DNA of 61,208 nt, counting the filler, from a candidate division TA06 bacterium SM23_40 (GTDB lineage: Bacteria; LJUI01; SM1-40), in assembly GCA_001303705.1 (NCBI GenBank). It is 5 parts of 5 records of this genome, joined end to end, with 100 filler letters (N's around TTAATTAATTAA, not from the genome) between each part and the next. Parts side by side here need not be neighbours in the genome. Positions count along the whole stretch, not along the records: positions 18,331 to 32,824 come from LJUI01000004.1; positions 32,925 to 38,019 come from LJUI01000172.1; positions 38,120 to 55,733 come from LJUI01000040.1; 2 more parts are not named here. One strand, 5' to 3'. Shown here one piece after another: positions 31,255 to 40,959 of this stretch (position 1 is the first letter of the stretch; each line of letters opens with the position of its first letter). A model generated the notes under the pieces. That model did no database searches, was not told where the DNA came from, and saw nothing but the letters and a program-made list of their open reading frames with translations. The translations under genes and the position numbers were made by a program.

Positions 31255-31438
31255 TCCAACCTCTGTTACCCTTCTCACCGCCCGTCTCAGGTTCGGTTCC
31301 GGCACATCTTCGCATCTTCGGTGGTTCCGTTCGTAATGGCGACAGTCGAGAGCTTATCCGTGCGGGCTTCAGCAGTCCTCCAGTTGTGCGGCTTCGCGCG
31401 CGCGAGGATAGAGGGCTCAAGACGGGGTGCGGCTGACC

Positions 31439-32182
31439 ATGGTGCCAACGTTCTACGCACCACCTGAACAGATTGCCAATGGCCGCGTCGCGCTCACCGG
31501 CGACGAAGCCCATCATGCGGTCCACGTCCTGAGGAGACGGGTCGGCGACGTCATCACTGTTGTCGACGGACAGGGTATGGAATTGGATGTGCGCGTGACG
31601 AGATGCTCCTCGTTCGGTGTTGATGGTGAGATCGTGGGGAAGCGGCGCAGGCCCCGCGATCCCATTGCGTTCGTCACGCTGGCTCAGGCCATACCCAAGG
31701 GGCAGAGGATAGATGTGGTCATCGAGAAGGCGACGGAGATCGGAGTCAGCGCCATTATCCCTATGATGACAGCCAGGACAGTTTCGGATGTCGATCCCTC
31801 GTCCCCCCATCGGACGGCACGCTGGCAGGCAATCGCCACCAGCGCAATGAAACAGTCGGGAAGGGCCATTCTGCCGCAGGTATCGCCCCCGACTGAATTC
31901 GCTTCGGTGCTGGAACTGGTCCCCGACTATACGATTGCCCTTCTCGCGACCCCGAAAGAGCGGGTGCGGACCCCGACGAAGGCCCTGGCACGCCTCCGCC
32001 CGGGCAAGCATCGGGTGCTGATCCTCGTCGGGCCGGAAGGGGATTTCTCGGCCGACGAGGTGGCCCAGGCCACGGTTGCCGCGGTCGAACCCGTCACGCT
32101 CGGGCCGCGGCTGCTGCGCGCCGAGACGGCGGGCATCGTACTCGTGGCTCTCGTGCTGCACGAGCTGGGGGAACTCGCCTGA
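31439..32182 (+). CDS. rsmE: 16S rRNA m3U1498 methyltransferase
   Basis: HHAVHVLR, EKATEIGV, KQSGR, VGPEGDF and LRAETA. Confidence 0.95.
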   Translation: MVPTFYAPPEQIANGRVALTGDEAHHAVHVLRRRVGDVITVVDGQGMELDVRVTRCSSFGVDGEIVGKRRRPRDPIAFVTLAQAIPKGQRIDVVIEKATEIGVSAIIPMMTARTVSDVDPSSPHRTARWQAIATSAMKQSGRAILPQVSPPTEFASVLELVPDYTIALLATPKERVRTPTKALARLRPGKHRVLILVGPEGDFSADEVAQATVAAVEPVTLGPRLLRAETAGIVLVALVLHELGELA

Positions 32183-32315
32183 TACGCCGCGGTGGCGATC
32201 CGTAAGTTACACTTTGATAGGTTGTTATGGGCACAAGCTCATCCTATTCCTGAGTAGTTTTCTCGATATCCCGCGCGATTTTGCGCCGAAGAGGTCAAAA
32301 AGTCGCGATCGAAGT

Positions 32316-32344
32316 TTGACATTTCGCCTCTTTTCGACTATAAT
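32316..32344 (+). promoter_or_regulatory. consensus sigma70 promoter of rpsU
   Basis: Perfect TTGACA-N17-TATAAT. Confidence 0.85.
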
Positions 32345-32408
32345 AAACGTAGCTTGTCATACGCGATAGAGCGAAAATTTCGAAGGAGATGGGGGTGACT
32401 TCAGACCG

Positions 32409-32603
32409 ATGGCTGGAATTAGGGTGAAGGACGATGAGTCCTTCGAGAGCGCCCTAAGGAGGTTCAAGAAGGCTTGTGAGAAGGCCGGCATCCTGAGCGA
32501 GGTGCGGAAGCACCAGCACTTCGAGAAGCCCAGCGAGCGACGGAAGAAGAAGCAGCTCGCCGCAAAGCGGAAGCTTGCCCGTCGCCAGCAGAAGGCATCG
32601 TGA
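32409..32603 (+). CDS. rpsU: 30S ribosomal protein S21
   Basis: [12 protein letters not shown]...[12 protein letters not shown]. Confidence 0.97.
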   Translation: MAGIRVKDDESFESALRRFKKACEKAGILSEVRKHQHFEKPSERRKKKQLAAKRKLARRQQKAS

Positions 32604-32824
32604 AGGTTCTCGTTCTTGCTCGGTCTGCTCACAGGGTCGCCCTCTAGTTAGTTCCTAAGGGTAGTGCGGCGCGTGGATCTTCTCATCACATTCGGCCCAC
32701 GTGTATCCAAGGCGGGCCAACGGCGTTGCTGTACCCCATTTGGAAACCACTCCTGCATCAGGTGGGTTAGTCAGTTGTGGCGGAGGGCTTCGCTGACCGA
32801 TCGCACCACTCGATAACGAGAGAC

Positions 32825-32924
32825 NNNNNNNNNNNNNNNNNNNNNNNNNNNNNNNNNNNNNNNNNNNNTTAATTAATTAANNNNNNNNNNNNNNNNNNNN
32901 NNNNNNNNNNNNNNNNNNNNNNNN
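32825..32924. other. artificial contig-joining linker
   Basis: N-run + TTAATTAATTAA + N-run. Confidence 0.98.
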
Positions 32925-33151
32925 CACAACGCAGCGATCGGCACACATCTCTATCGGCAGATGAACGGGCACTTCAGATCGATCGAGCGCGGCCGGTGCA
33001 AAGAACGTTTACACAAGCCCTCCGACCGATAGCAACATCGTAGGCATAGCCTGTGTCAGGCGCCTTTACACACGGAACCGTACCGGCATCCCCACACGCG
33101 CCAGCCGATCGGTACCGCATATGAGGGAGCACATGAGAGAACCCGGGCGCG

Positions 33152-34543
33152 TCAGATCGGCTCGAACCGTGCCGTGAAGTGCCGCAGAAACGGGGCTTCA
33201 TAGGTCATCCGCAGCCCCCTGAGCTCGTCCTTTCGCTTCACGATCTCGGCGAAGACCTGGACCACATAATCGAGGTGCGCCTGCGTGTATACACGCCGGG
33301 GAACTGCCAGCCTGACGAGCTCGAGCAGCGGGTAGACCGTCTCACCTGTCTCAGGATCGACCTTCGTGAATGCGACCGTCCCCAGCTCTACGGCGCGGAT
33401 ACCCCCTTCGATGTACAGCGCTGTGGTCAATGCCTGGCCGGGGAACTTCGACTGAGGGATGTGCGGGAGAAAGCGCTTGACATCGATGTACACAGCATGT
33501 CCCCCGATGGGCTGCAGTACGGGCACTCCCACACCAGCCAGCTTCTCGCCGAACATCCGTACCTGGGCAACCCGGTAGGCCAGGTGGCGTTCGTCCACGG
33601 CCTCCTCTAATCCGATCGCCATCGCCTCGAGGTCGCGTCCGGCTAGGCCCCCGTAGGTGGGAAAGCCCTCGTACAGGATGAGAAGGTTCCTCATCGCCTC
33701 GGCGAGGTCATCGATGTTCGTGGCGATGAACCCGCCGATGTTGACGAGCCCGTCCTTCTTGGTGCTGATCGTGCATCCGTCCGCATAGGAGAACATCTCC
33801 CGCACGATCTCCGGTATCGTGTGCGTGCCGTATCCCGCCTCCCGCTCCTTGATGAAATAGGCATTCTCCGCGAACCGACAGGCATCGATGAACAGAGGGA
33901 TGTTGTGCGGTCTGAGCAGTTCCTTGAGGGAGCGGATATTCTCCATGGAGACAGGCTGGCCCCCTCCGGCGTTGTTCGTCACGGTGAGCATGCAGATCGG
34001 TATGACTTCCGGACCGACCTCCTTGATGAACTCCTCGACCCTCTCGAGGTCGATGTTCCCCTTGAACGGATGATAGGTCTCGGGATCGGTCCCTTCAGGG
34101 ATCATGAAATCTACGGCGGTCGCGCCTATGTGCTCGATGTTTGCCCGTGTCGTATCGAAGTGGGTGTTACTCGGAATCTGACTGTCAGAGTGGGCGATCG
34201 TGGCGAACAGGATGTGTTCGGCAGCCCTCCCCTGATGCGTGGGAAGAATATGTTTGAATCCGAAGAGCCGCTGGACTGTCTCAGTGAGTCGATAGAAGTT
34301 GCGGCTGCAGGCGTAGGCCTCGTCGCCCATCATGATCCCCGACCACTGGCGATCGCTCATTGCCGACGTTCCGCTATCAGTCAGCAGATCGACGAAGACC
34401 TTTTCCGCCGGAATCCCGAAGACGTTGTACCCCGCGGCCTCGAGAATCGCCTGCCGCTCCTCGCGAGTCGTGGCCGCAATGGGCTCCACCACTTTGATCT
34501 TGTAGGGTTCAGGCATCGGTGCCCCATTGTCGGTCACACTCAT
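33152..34543 (-). CDS. tnaA: tryptophanase (PLP beta-eliminating lyase)
   Basis: DLLTDSGT, THQGR and PLP-lysine STKKD. HFDTT, EGFPTYGG and LRHFTARF match tryptophanase rather than tyrosine phenol-lyase (FTTT, GMPSYGG, LRFF). Confidence 0.9.
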   Translation of the reverse strand: MSVTDNGAPMPEPYKIKVVEPIAATTREERQAILEAAGYNVFGIPAEKVFVDLLTDSGTSAMSDRQWSGIMMGDEAYACSRNFYRLTETVQRLFGFKHILPTHQGRAAEHILFATIAHSDSQIPSNTHFDTTRANIEHIGATAVDFMIPEGTDPETYHPFKGNIDLERVEEFIKEVGPEVIPICMLTVTNNAGGGQPVSMENIRSLKELLRPHNIPLFIDACRFAENAYFIKEREAGYGTHTIPEIVREMFSYADGCTISTKKDGLVNIGGFIATNIDDLAEAMRNLLILYEGFPTYGGLAGRDLEAMAIGLEEAVDERHLAYRVAQVRMFGEKLAGVGVPVLQPIGGHAVYIDVKRFLPHIPQSKFPGQALTTALYIEGGIRAVELGTVAFTKVDPETGETVYPLLELVRLAVPRRVYTQAHLDYVVQVFAEIVKRKDELRGLRMTYEAPFLRHFTARFEPI

Positions 34544-35076
34544 CCTCCCTTCAATGATTCGAAGACGATGAAATCGACACGATGGACGATGATCGCCTCC
34601 GGTGTCCGTTTCGATCTATCTCCTTCGTGCGCATGAACGGCGATCACATGGATCACCTCGGGCGGGAGATCGTGCTTGGTCGCCAGGCCCATCCCGCTGA
34701 ACGGATGCCGCAGCAGCTCACCATGCCGGCTCTTTCCGAATCCGGCTCCGCTCCGTTCGTACTCCAGCAACTTGCCCACGTCGTGCAGCAGGGCTCCCGC
34801 GACCAGAACCTCAGTATCCAGAGAGAGGTGATCGGCGAACAGATCGGCCATCACTCTCGCTGTGTCGAAGGAGATACGACAGACAGCTCTTGTATGCTCG
34901 ACGATATTGACGGGACAGTCGGGAATGAGCAGCGTAAAGGGGATCTCCGCGAGATCCCCGATCGACCACCCGCCCAGCTCGATAGCGTCCAGCCACACCG
35001 CCTCCACTTTCGACCTGAGGCCGGCATCCTCGATCAGATCGAGCTCAGGAAACAGGGTCGCAATCTCATTGGCCAT
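34540..35076 (-). CDS. HD/HDIG-domain metal-dependent phosphohydrolase
   Basis: EHTRAV, ALLHDVGK, LRHPFSG, HVIAVH and HRVD; stop overlaps the tnaA ATG. Confidence 0.88.
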   Translation of the reverse strand: MANEIATLFPELDLIEDAGLRSKVEAVWLDAIELGGWSIGDLAEIPFTLLIPDCPVNIVEHTRAVCRISFDTARVMADLFADHLSLDTEVLVAGALLHDVGKLLEYERSGAGFGKSRHGELLRHPFSGMGLATKHDLPPEVIHVIAVHAHEGDRSKRTPEAIIVHRVDFIVFESLKGG

Positions 35077-35086
35077 CACTACCCCC

Positions 35087-35857
35087 TCAGCCCTTCGGCC
35101 CGTCGTACTCGAAATCCCGCGGGTGGATGACACGCATCGGCTTCTCTCGCGTCTGTTCCTCCCGGATCTGGGCCACGAGCCCGGCCACGCGGGCAATGAT
35201 GAAGAACGCATTCCCCAACTCAGCGGGAAATCCCATCTCACAGAGGACGGCGGCGATCGCCCCATCGACGTTTATCGGCAGCTTCTTCCCTGAGTGTTCC
35301 TCGAGCGCCGCCTCGATCGCCCGGGCCATCTCGATATAGTCACCGGAGACGCCCAGCTCGTCAGCGAGACTGAAGAGCTTCACCTTGCGGGGATCGACCG
35401 GATGGATCCGATGCCCGAATCCCGAGAGCCGCTTCTTCTGCGCCGCACTCTCTTCGACCAGCTCACGCGCCACCTCAGCGGACGAGCGACCTGACGCTCG
35501 TCGCCGCTCCACTGCGCCGGCCAGTAGCTTCATACAGGCCTCCACGGCGCCTCCGTGGAACCGCCCGATCGACAGGATGCCGCTCGCCAGGGCGGCCGTG
35601 AGCGGCACGCCGGTACTCGCCACGGTCCGTGCCGCGATCGTCGACGGAGGAGACGCTCCGTGATCGACCGATGAGACGAGGATCGCATCCATCAGCGCGC
35701 CGTGGGCCGGTGTCGGTTCTTCACCCTTCAACAGGAGGTACACGACCTGTGCGAACGTCGCCTTGCCCATCAGATCTTGAATCGGGCGGCCTCGCACACT
35801 GACCTTCCCCGGGCCGATCTCGGTGATCGCTGTCTTCCACTTCGTGCCCTCTGCCAT
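35087..35857 (-). CDS. citryl-CoA lyase-like protein (short citrate synthase family member)
   Basis: 256 aa with WKTAIT, DHGASPPS, HGGA, GFGHRIH..DPR and PINVDG. Confidence 0.85.
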   Translation of the reverse strand: MAEGTKWKTAITEIGPGKVSVRGRPIQDLMGKATFAQVVYLLLKGEEPTPAHGALMDAILVSSVDHGASPPSTIAARTVASTGVPLTAALASGILSIGRFHGGAVEACMKLLAGAVERRRASGRSSAEVARELVEESAAQKKRLSGFGHRIHPVDPRKVKLFSLADELGVSGDYIEMARAIEAALEEHSGKKLPINVDGAIAAVLCEMGFPAELGNAFFIIARVAGLVAQIREEQTREKPMRVIHPRDFEYDGPKG

Positions 35858-35972
35858 CCTACCTCTCCCGTACGGTGACCATGCTCCTCTGTGCCATGAC
35901 CATGTGTCTCGCTATCTCTCGTTCACGCGGCGTCCGTAACATCCGTGTCGGGCCGCGGCGGACTTCTCCACC

Positions 35973-36839
35973 CTAGCCCAGGGCGTCCCCGAGAAGCCGC
36001 GGTACGTCGAGAAAGGTCTTCGCCATCTTTGCGCCCGCCGCCTCGAGTGCCTCGAGCTTGCTCTTCGCCGTCCCCATCTCCCCCTCGATGATCGCCCCGG
36101 CATGCCCCATCCGCTTGCCGCGCGGCGCAAACACCCCGCCCACCATCGCGATTACGGGCTTGGATACTTCGGGAATCGTGGGTGCCGCCATCTCCTCGTA
36201 CACGCCGCCGATCTCGCCCACGAGGACAACCGCATCGGTATCGGGATCCTGATCGAAGAGTTCGAGCACCTCGCTGAAAGTCGTTCCAAGGATCGGATCG
36301 CCTCCCAGCCCCACGCAGGTCGACGCCCCATACCCCGAGTAGGTCAGGGTATCGGCCACATAGTAGGTGATCGACCCCGACCTCGATACGGTGCCGATCC
36401 GCCCCGGGCTGAATGCGACCTCCGGGAGAATGCCGAGGAGCCCCTGCCCGGGAGAGATCACCCCGGGAGTGTTGCCGCCGAGAACCATCGCCCCGTGCGC
36501 CGCAGCCTCGTGACGAATGATGAGCATATCGTGAACCGGGATATGTTCGGGGACGATGATGACGAGCTTGATGCCCGCCCTGATCGCTTCGAGTGCACCA
36601 TCGAGGACGAAGCGCGCCGGCAGAAAGAGCACGCTCGTATCGGCCCCGTGTTCGGCCACGCACTCCGCCACTGTATCGTACACCGGAACGCCGTGGACCT
36701 CGCTCCCTCCCTTGCCGGGAGACGTACCGGCCACGATCCGTGTGCCGTAGTCGAGCATCCGCTTCGTATGGAACGTGCCCGAACCGCCGGTGATGCCCTG
36801 TACGATCGCCTTCGTCTCTCTGGTCACCAGAATCGCCAC
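35973..36839 (-). CDS. succinyl-CoA synthetase alpha-like subunit (possible citryl-CoA synthetase small subunit)
   Basis: VQGITG, PGKGG, SRSG, GLGGD, GEIGG and phospho-His motif RMGHAGA; GTG start. Confidence 0.88.
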   Translation of the reverse strand: MAILVTRETKAIVQGITGGSGTFHTKRMLDYGTRIVAGTSPGKGGSEVHGVPVYDTVAECVAEHGADTSVLFLPARFVLDGALEAIRAGIKLVIIVPEHIPVHDMLIIRHEAAAHGAMVLGGNTPGVISPGQGLLGILPEVAFSPGRIGTVSRSGSITYYVADTLTYSGYGASTCVGLGGDPILGTTFSEVLELFDQDPDTDAVVLVGEIGGVYEEMAAPTIPEVSKPVIAMVGGVFAPRGKRMGHAGAIIEGEMGTAKSKLEALEAAGAKMAKTFLDVPRLLGDALG

Positions 36840-36994
36840 TCGTCACATCCCTCCTCGCTCCACTGCTCGATACTCCATTCGATCCCCAACATACCCAGGC
36901 ATCTTCACGACGCGTGCGGCACCCGCCTGCCCTTCCTTCCCGTCTCGCCTCTCACTATCGACCATCACACAAGGCTTCCTATCGTGGACACCAG

Positions 36995-38019
36995 CTACTC
37001 TCCCTTCGCCAGCGCCACGGCGCGCTCCACCACGTCTTCGATGGGAGTCTCGATCCCGTGTATCTCGACCCGCTCGAACAGATCGGGCCGCCGCTTCTTC
37101 GCCTCCTCGAAGATGACCATTCCCTCCCGCCACATGTTCCCGGTCATGCGCATCGCCATCGGCTTCGACAGCCCGTGCTTCTCGAGAAACATCACCACTC
37201 CCTTGGCGAAGTCATCGCAGCGCGAGATCCCCCCGAACCGGGCACCGAAGATCGCCTTGACCTGGGGATTCTCGTCCAGGAGCTCGAGCATCTTGGCGAT
37301 CCGCTCAGGGGTTGGTCCGCCGCCCGAATCCATGAAGTTGGCGGGACGGCCGCCATAGTAGGTGACGAAGTCGTTCCCCATGATCCCGAACCCGGCCCCG
37401 CCGGGGAACATCCCGATATCCCCATCGAGGTCCAGATAGGGAATGCCGTTCTCACACGCCTCCCGTTCCCGATCCGTGAGCTCCCCCTCCTCGTGGCGCT
37501 CGCCGATTCCCATCGCCGCCAGCTCGGGATGGCGGAAGAGCGCATCCTCGTCGACGCTCATCCTGGCATCGCCGCAGACAAACGATCCCTCGGCCGTCTC
37601 TATGAGTGGATTGACTTCCAGGAGCTTCGCATCGGTGGCGAGAAAGACCTCGTGGAGCCTGGCGAGGAGCGAGCCTACCTGCTGGACCGGCTTTCCCGCG
37701 AGCCCCATCTTCTTCGCCAGCTCGACTCCTTGATGTGAGTACAGCGTCTCGCGCGGCATGAGAGAGAGACGGTGGATCTGGTCGGGATGGGCCCTTGCCG
37801 TCTCCTCGATCTCCACGCCTCCCTCGGCCGAGGCGATCGCCACGACACGGTAGGTGGTGCGGTCGATCGTCACCCCGAGATAATACTCCTTCGCGGTATC
37901 GAGGCGCTCCTCGACGAGGAGCCGCTCCACCAGATGGCCCTTGATGCGCCGCCCGAGGAGTTCAGTGGCAGCCTTCTCGGCATCGTCCGGCGAGGGCGCG
38001 AACCGGATCCCTCCCGCCT
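36995..38019 (-). CDS. succinyl-CoA synthetase beta-like ATP-grasp subunit (5' truncated; possible citryl-CoA synthetase large subunit)
   Basis: AGGIRF, EGGVEIE, EVNPL, DALFRH, GAG, PANFMDSGGG and FGGI; runs off the contig end. Confidence 0.88.
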
Positions 38020-38119
38020 NNNNNNNNNNNNNNNNNNNNNNNNNNNNNNNNNNNNNNNNNNNNTTAATTAATTAANNNNNNNNNNNNNNNNNNNNNNNNN
38101 NNNNNNNNNNNNNNNNNNN
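38020..38119. other. artificial contig-joining linker
   Basis: N-run + TTAATTAATTAA + N-run. Confidence 0.98.
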
Positions 38120-38789
38120 AGATGCCGCCGAAGAAGTGCGCGTCGACGGACGTGTCGAACAGAAAGCGCCAGTAGAACGTAAGTCGGGGCCGGAGCATCT
38201 CCGTGAGATTCTGCTCGATATACGCGAACAGAGGCTCGAGCGTCGTGCCTTCGAAGTCCTTCACCCGTGGAACAAGGACCCTCTGTCCCATCCTGGTCGG
38301 ATCCGAGTAATCGTATTCTTCGACATAGAGCACATCCTGCAACTTGACGACCGCCCGGTCCCATCGCGTCTGCCCGTACTGGCTGCGCGGGAGGACAGGC
38401 CTGGGCTCACCGGGGAGCGGCCCGAGGAGTTCCCGGAGCCGGTCTTTCAATTCCCCGAGATATCCGCGATACTCGCGCCGCTCGGGGGAGCCCATCTCGT
38501 CCAGCTCTTCTTCAAACGCCGCGATCATGTCGTACACGGGCTGACGCGCCCGTTCTGCCGCCGCCGTCTCGGCCAGGATGATCTCAGGGTCACCGCGCCC
38601 GAAACTCTCCAGCATCATCTGCCTGTACTCGACTGTGGCTCTGAATACAAAAGACCCCCATCCACGGACGAATATCGGGCCGAGCACGATGATCAGGGCG
38701 GCGACCATCAGTACGATCGAGCCGACCCCGAGACCGGTGAACGACCGATCCAGAAGTTTCCTCGTTCCGAGCTGCGTCTTACTCTCCAC
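38120..38789 (-). CDS. pstA: phosphate ABC permease PstA, N-terminal part (3' truncated)
   Basis: Overlaps the pstC end; first TM helix, long soluble insert, then FLFD...GGI. Confidence 0.7.
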
Positions 38790-39972
38790 CCAGCATCCTC
38801 CTGGTCCGCCTCATCACCAACTCGCTCGCCAGATTGGCGACAAATGAGATGGCGAGGAGGCAGAGGGCCATCGCGAAAAGCACGTGGTAGCGAGCCGAGC
38901 CGGTGACATGGTCGGCCTCGCCCATATCGCCCGCAATCGTGGCCGTCAGCGTTCGAACCGGCTCCAGATAGTTGAACCACGGCTCAGGAATCTGCGCCGC
39001 GTTGCCAGAGGCCATCCATACGACCATCGTCTCCCCCACAGCGCGCATCACTCCGAGGATAACAGCGGCAAGGATTCCACTGCTTGCCGCAGGGATCACA
39101 ACCCGCAGGACAGTCTCCGCTCGCGTGGCGCCGAGTGCATAGCTCCCCTCACGCAGCTCGCGCCCTACAGCCTGAAGTGCATCCTCAGATACGCTCACAA
39201 TGGTCGGCAAGGCCATTATCCCCAGAATGATCGAGACGTTGAGCGCGTTGGTGCCGCTCGTAACCTCCACACCCCGGATCCCCCCGGAAAGCCGGTACAG
39301 GAGCCAGAGCCCGGGCCCGACGATTGCCACTATGGTGGCTGTGCGCCCGGCGAGCAGAAAGCGGCCCGACACCCGACGGCTGACGAGCCCGCCCGCCACT
39401 ACGGCCCCCAGCAGGATGATCGGAACTCCGACCAGCCATATCGCGACGGAGAGAAGCCCCGGTCCCCGTGTCTGCAGGAGCGGAGCGAAGACCACGAGGG
39501 CAAAGAACCCGTAAGCAACTGATGGGATGGCTGCGAGGATTTCGATGACGGGCTTGACGACTTGCCGCACCGCGAAGGGAAGCACGAAGCTCAGGCAGAC
39601 GGCAGCAGATACCCCCATGGGTACGGCCACGACTACTGCCCCGAGCGTCACCAACCCACTCCCGATGAACATAGCGAGGGCTCCGAACTCGGGCGGGTCC
39701 GCTGAAGGATACCACGCGATGCTGGTGAAGAACTCCTTGAACCCTCGCAGAGTGAAGAACGGCAACGCATCCTTGAATATGAAAATGAAGATAAACAGAA
39801 CCGCGACCGTTGAGACCGAAGCGATGGCAAACAGAAGACCCTCCCCGAGAAGAGAGCCCAGGCGCCGGAAGCGCCTGGACCTCTTCGTAAGGAGCAACTC
39901 GGATCGTGTGAGCGCCGCTGGGCTCCTGGTTTCCGCGATCGTCGCAGTAGGAGAGTCGTCTCTATTCCCCAA
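38779..39972 (-). CDS. pstC: phosphate ABC permease PstC
   Basis: EILAAIPSVAYG, IMALPTIVSVSEDAL and RAVGETM; TTG start uncertain. Confidence 0.93.
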   Translation of the reverse strand: MGNRDDSPTATIAETRSPAALTRSELLLTKRSRRFRRLGSLLGEGLLFAIASVSTVAVLFIFIFIFKDALPFFTLRGFKEFFTSIAWYPSADPPEFGALAMFIGSGLVTLGAVVVAVPMGVSAAVCLSFVLPFAVRQVVKPVIEILAAIPSVAYGFFALVVFAPLLQTRGPGLLSVAIWLVGVPIILLGAVVAGGLVSRRVSGRFLLAGRTATIVAIVGPGLWLLYRLSGGIRGVEVTSGTNALNVSIILGIMALPTIVSVSEDALQAVGRELREGSYALGATRAETVLRVVIPAASSGILAAVILGVMRAVGETMVVWMASGNAAQIPEPWFNYLEPVRTLTATIAGDMGEADHVTGSARYHVLFAMALCLLAISFVANLASELVMRRTRRMLGGE

Positions 39973-39996
39973 CGTCGCCTCCCGCCCGTGCGCGCA

Positions 39997-40857
39997 TCAA
40001 TACTGAGTCAAAGGAACGAATCCGATCGCCTCGATTATCTCCTGTCCCTTCTTGCTCATGTGCAGGGTCACGAACCCGTGCACGTGGCTACCCAGCTTCG
40101 GATATCTGTTTGTGAACATGTACAGCGGCCGTGCGATCGGGTATTTACCGCTCGCAACGGTATTGCCCGTGGGAGCGACACCGTTGACCGTGAGAGCTTT
40201 GACTGTCCGATCCACAAACCCCAGCCCCACGTAGCCGATGGCGGCCTGCGTGCTCTGTACCCGCTGGCGTATAGCGCCGTTACTGCCGACATACTCGACC
40301 CCGGCCGCTATCTTCTCCTTCCTCATCACGATGTTCTCGAACGTCTCATAGGTACCGCTATTCGTGTCACGGCTGATCACAACGATCTTCTTCTCGGGGC
40401 CGCCGACTTCATTCCAGTTCGTGATCTTGCCGAGATAGATATCTCGCACCTGCTCCAGTGTGAGGTCGCTCGCAGGATTGCTGGGATGAACGATGACCGC
40501 CAGCCCGTCCATGGCGACCACGTGAGCGACGGGAAGGACGTCCTTCTCCACCGCGGCCTTGAACTCGGATTCCTTCATGAACCGGGACATGTCGGCGATA
40601 TGGCAGGTGCCGTTGATGAGACTCTTGGCCCCGTTCCCGCTACCCGACTCGCTGACCGTGATGTTGACCTCGGGGTACTTCTCCATGTAGTACTCCGCGA
40701 ACGCCTTCGCGATAGGTCCCACAGTCGTGGACCCATCGATGACGATCTCGTGCCCTTTGTCCTCAGCGGCACTAGCGCCGCCCACGAACATGCTCAAGCT
40801 CGAGACCACGACCATCAACGCAAGGGCCTTTCCCAGCTTCGAGAATACGCTTCGCAT
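39997..40857 (-). CDS. pstS: phosphate-binding protein PstS
   Basis: Signal peptide; DGSTTV, SGSGNG, RDTNSGT and YPIARPL. Confidence 0.95.
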   Translation of the reverse strand: MRSVFSKLGKALALMVVVSSLSMFVGGASAAEDKGHEIVIDGSTTVGPIAKAFAEYYMEKYPEVNITVSESGSGNGAKSLINGTCHIADMSRFMKESEFKAAVEKDVLPVAHVVAMDGLAVIVHPSNPASDLTLEQVRDIYLGKITNWNEVGGPEKKIVVISRDTNSGTYETFENIVMRKEKIAAGVEYVGSNGAIRQRVQSTQAAIGYVGLGFVDRTVKALTVNGVAPTGNTVASGKYPIARPLYMFTNRYPKLGSHVHGFVTLHMSKKGQEIIEAIGFVPLTQY

Positions 40858-40904
40858 CGTCTTTCCTCCCTGGCGCGTGGATCCATTCCCACGTTACGCC
40901 GTAA

Positions 40905-40943
40905 TGTTAGAATCCTGTTAGGACAGGGTCAGATCCTTGTTAG
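40905..40943 (-). promoter_or_regulatory. PHO-box-like array upstream of pstS
   Basis: CTAACA/CTGACC/CTAACA/CTAACA on the minus strand at an exact 11-bp period. Confidence 0.75.
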
Positions 40944-40959
40944 GACAGCCGGCCTGCCC

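Noticed and set aside
32604-32824. Non-coding stretch after rpsU as a possible RNA gene
   Set aside because: No recognisable tRNA, rRNA or ncRNA motif, and the region is cut by the contig end.
32600-33150. Apparent gene neighbourhoods across linkers (rpsU-tnaA, sucC-like-pstA, EPS-TPR)
   Set aside because: The genes are on different contigs, so no linkage can be inferred.
33152-34543. Tyrosine phenol-lyase assignment
   Set aside because: The diagnostic residues (FDTT, GFPTY, RHF) are tryptophanase-type.
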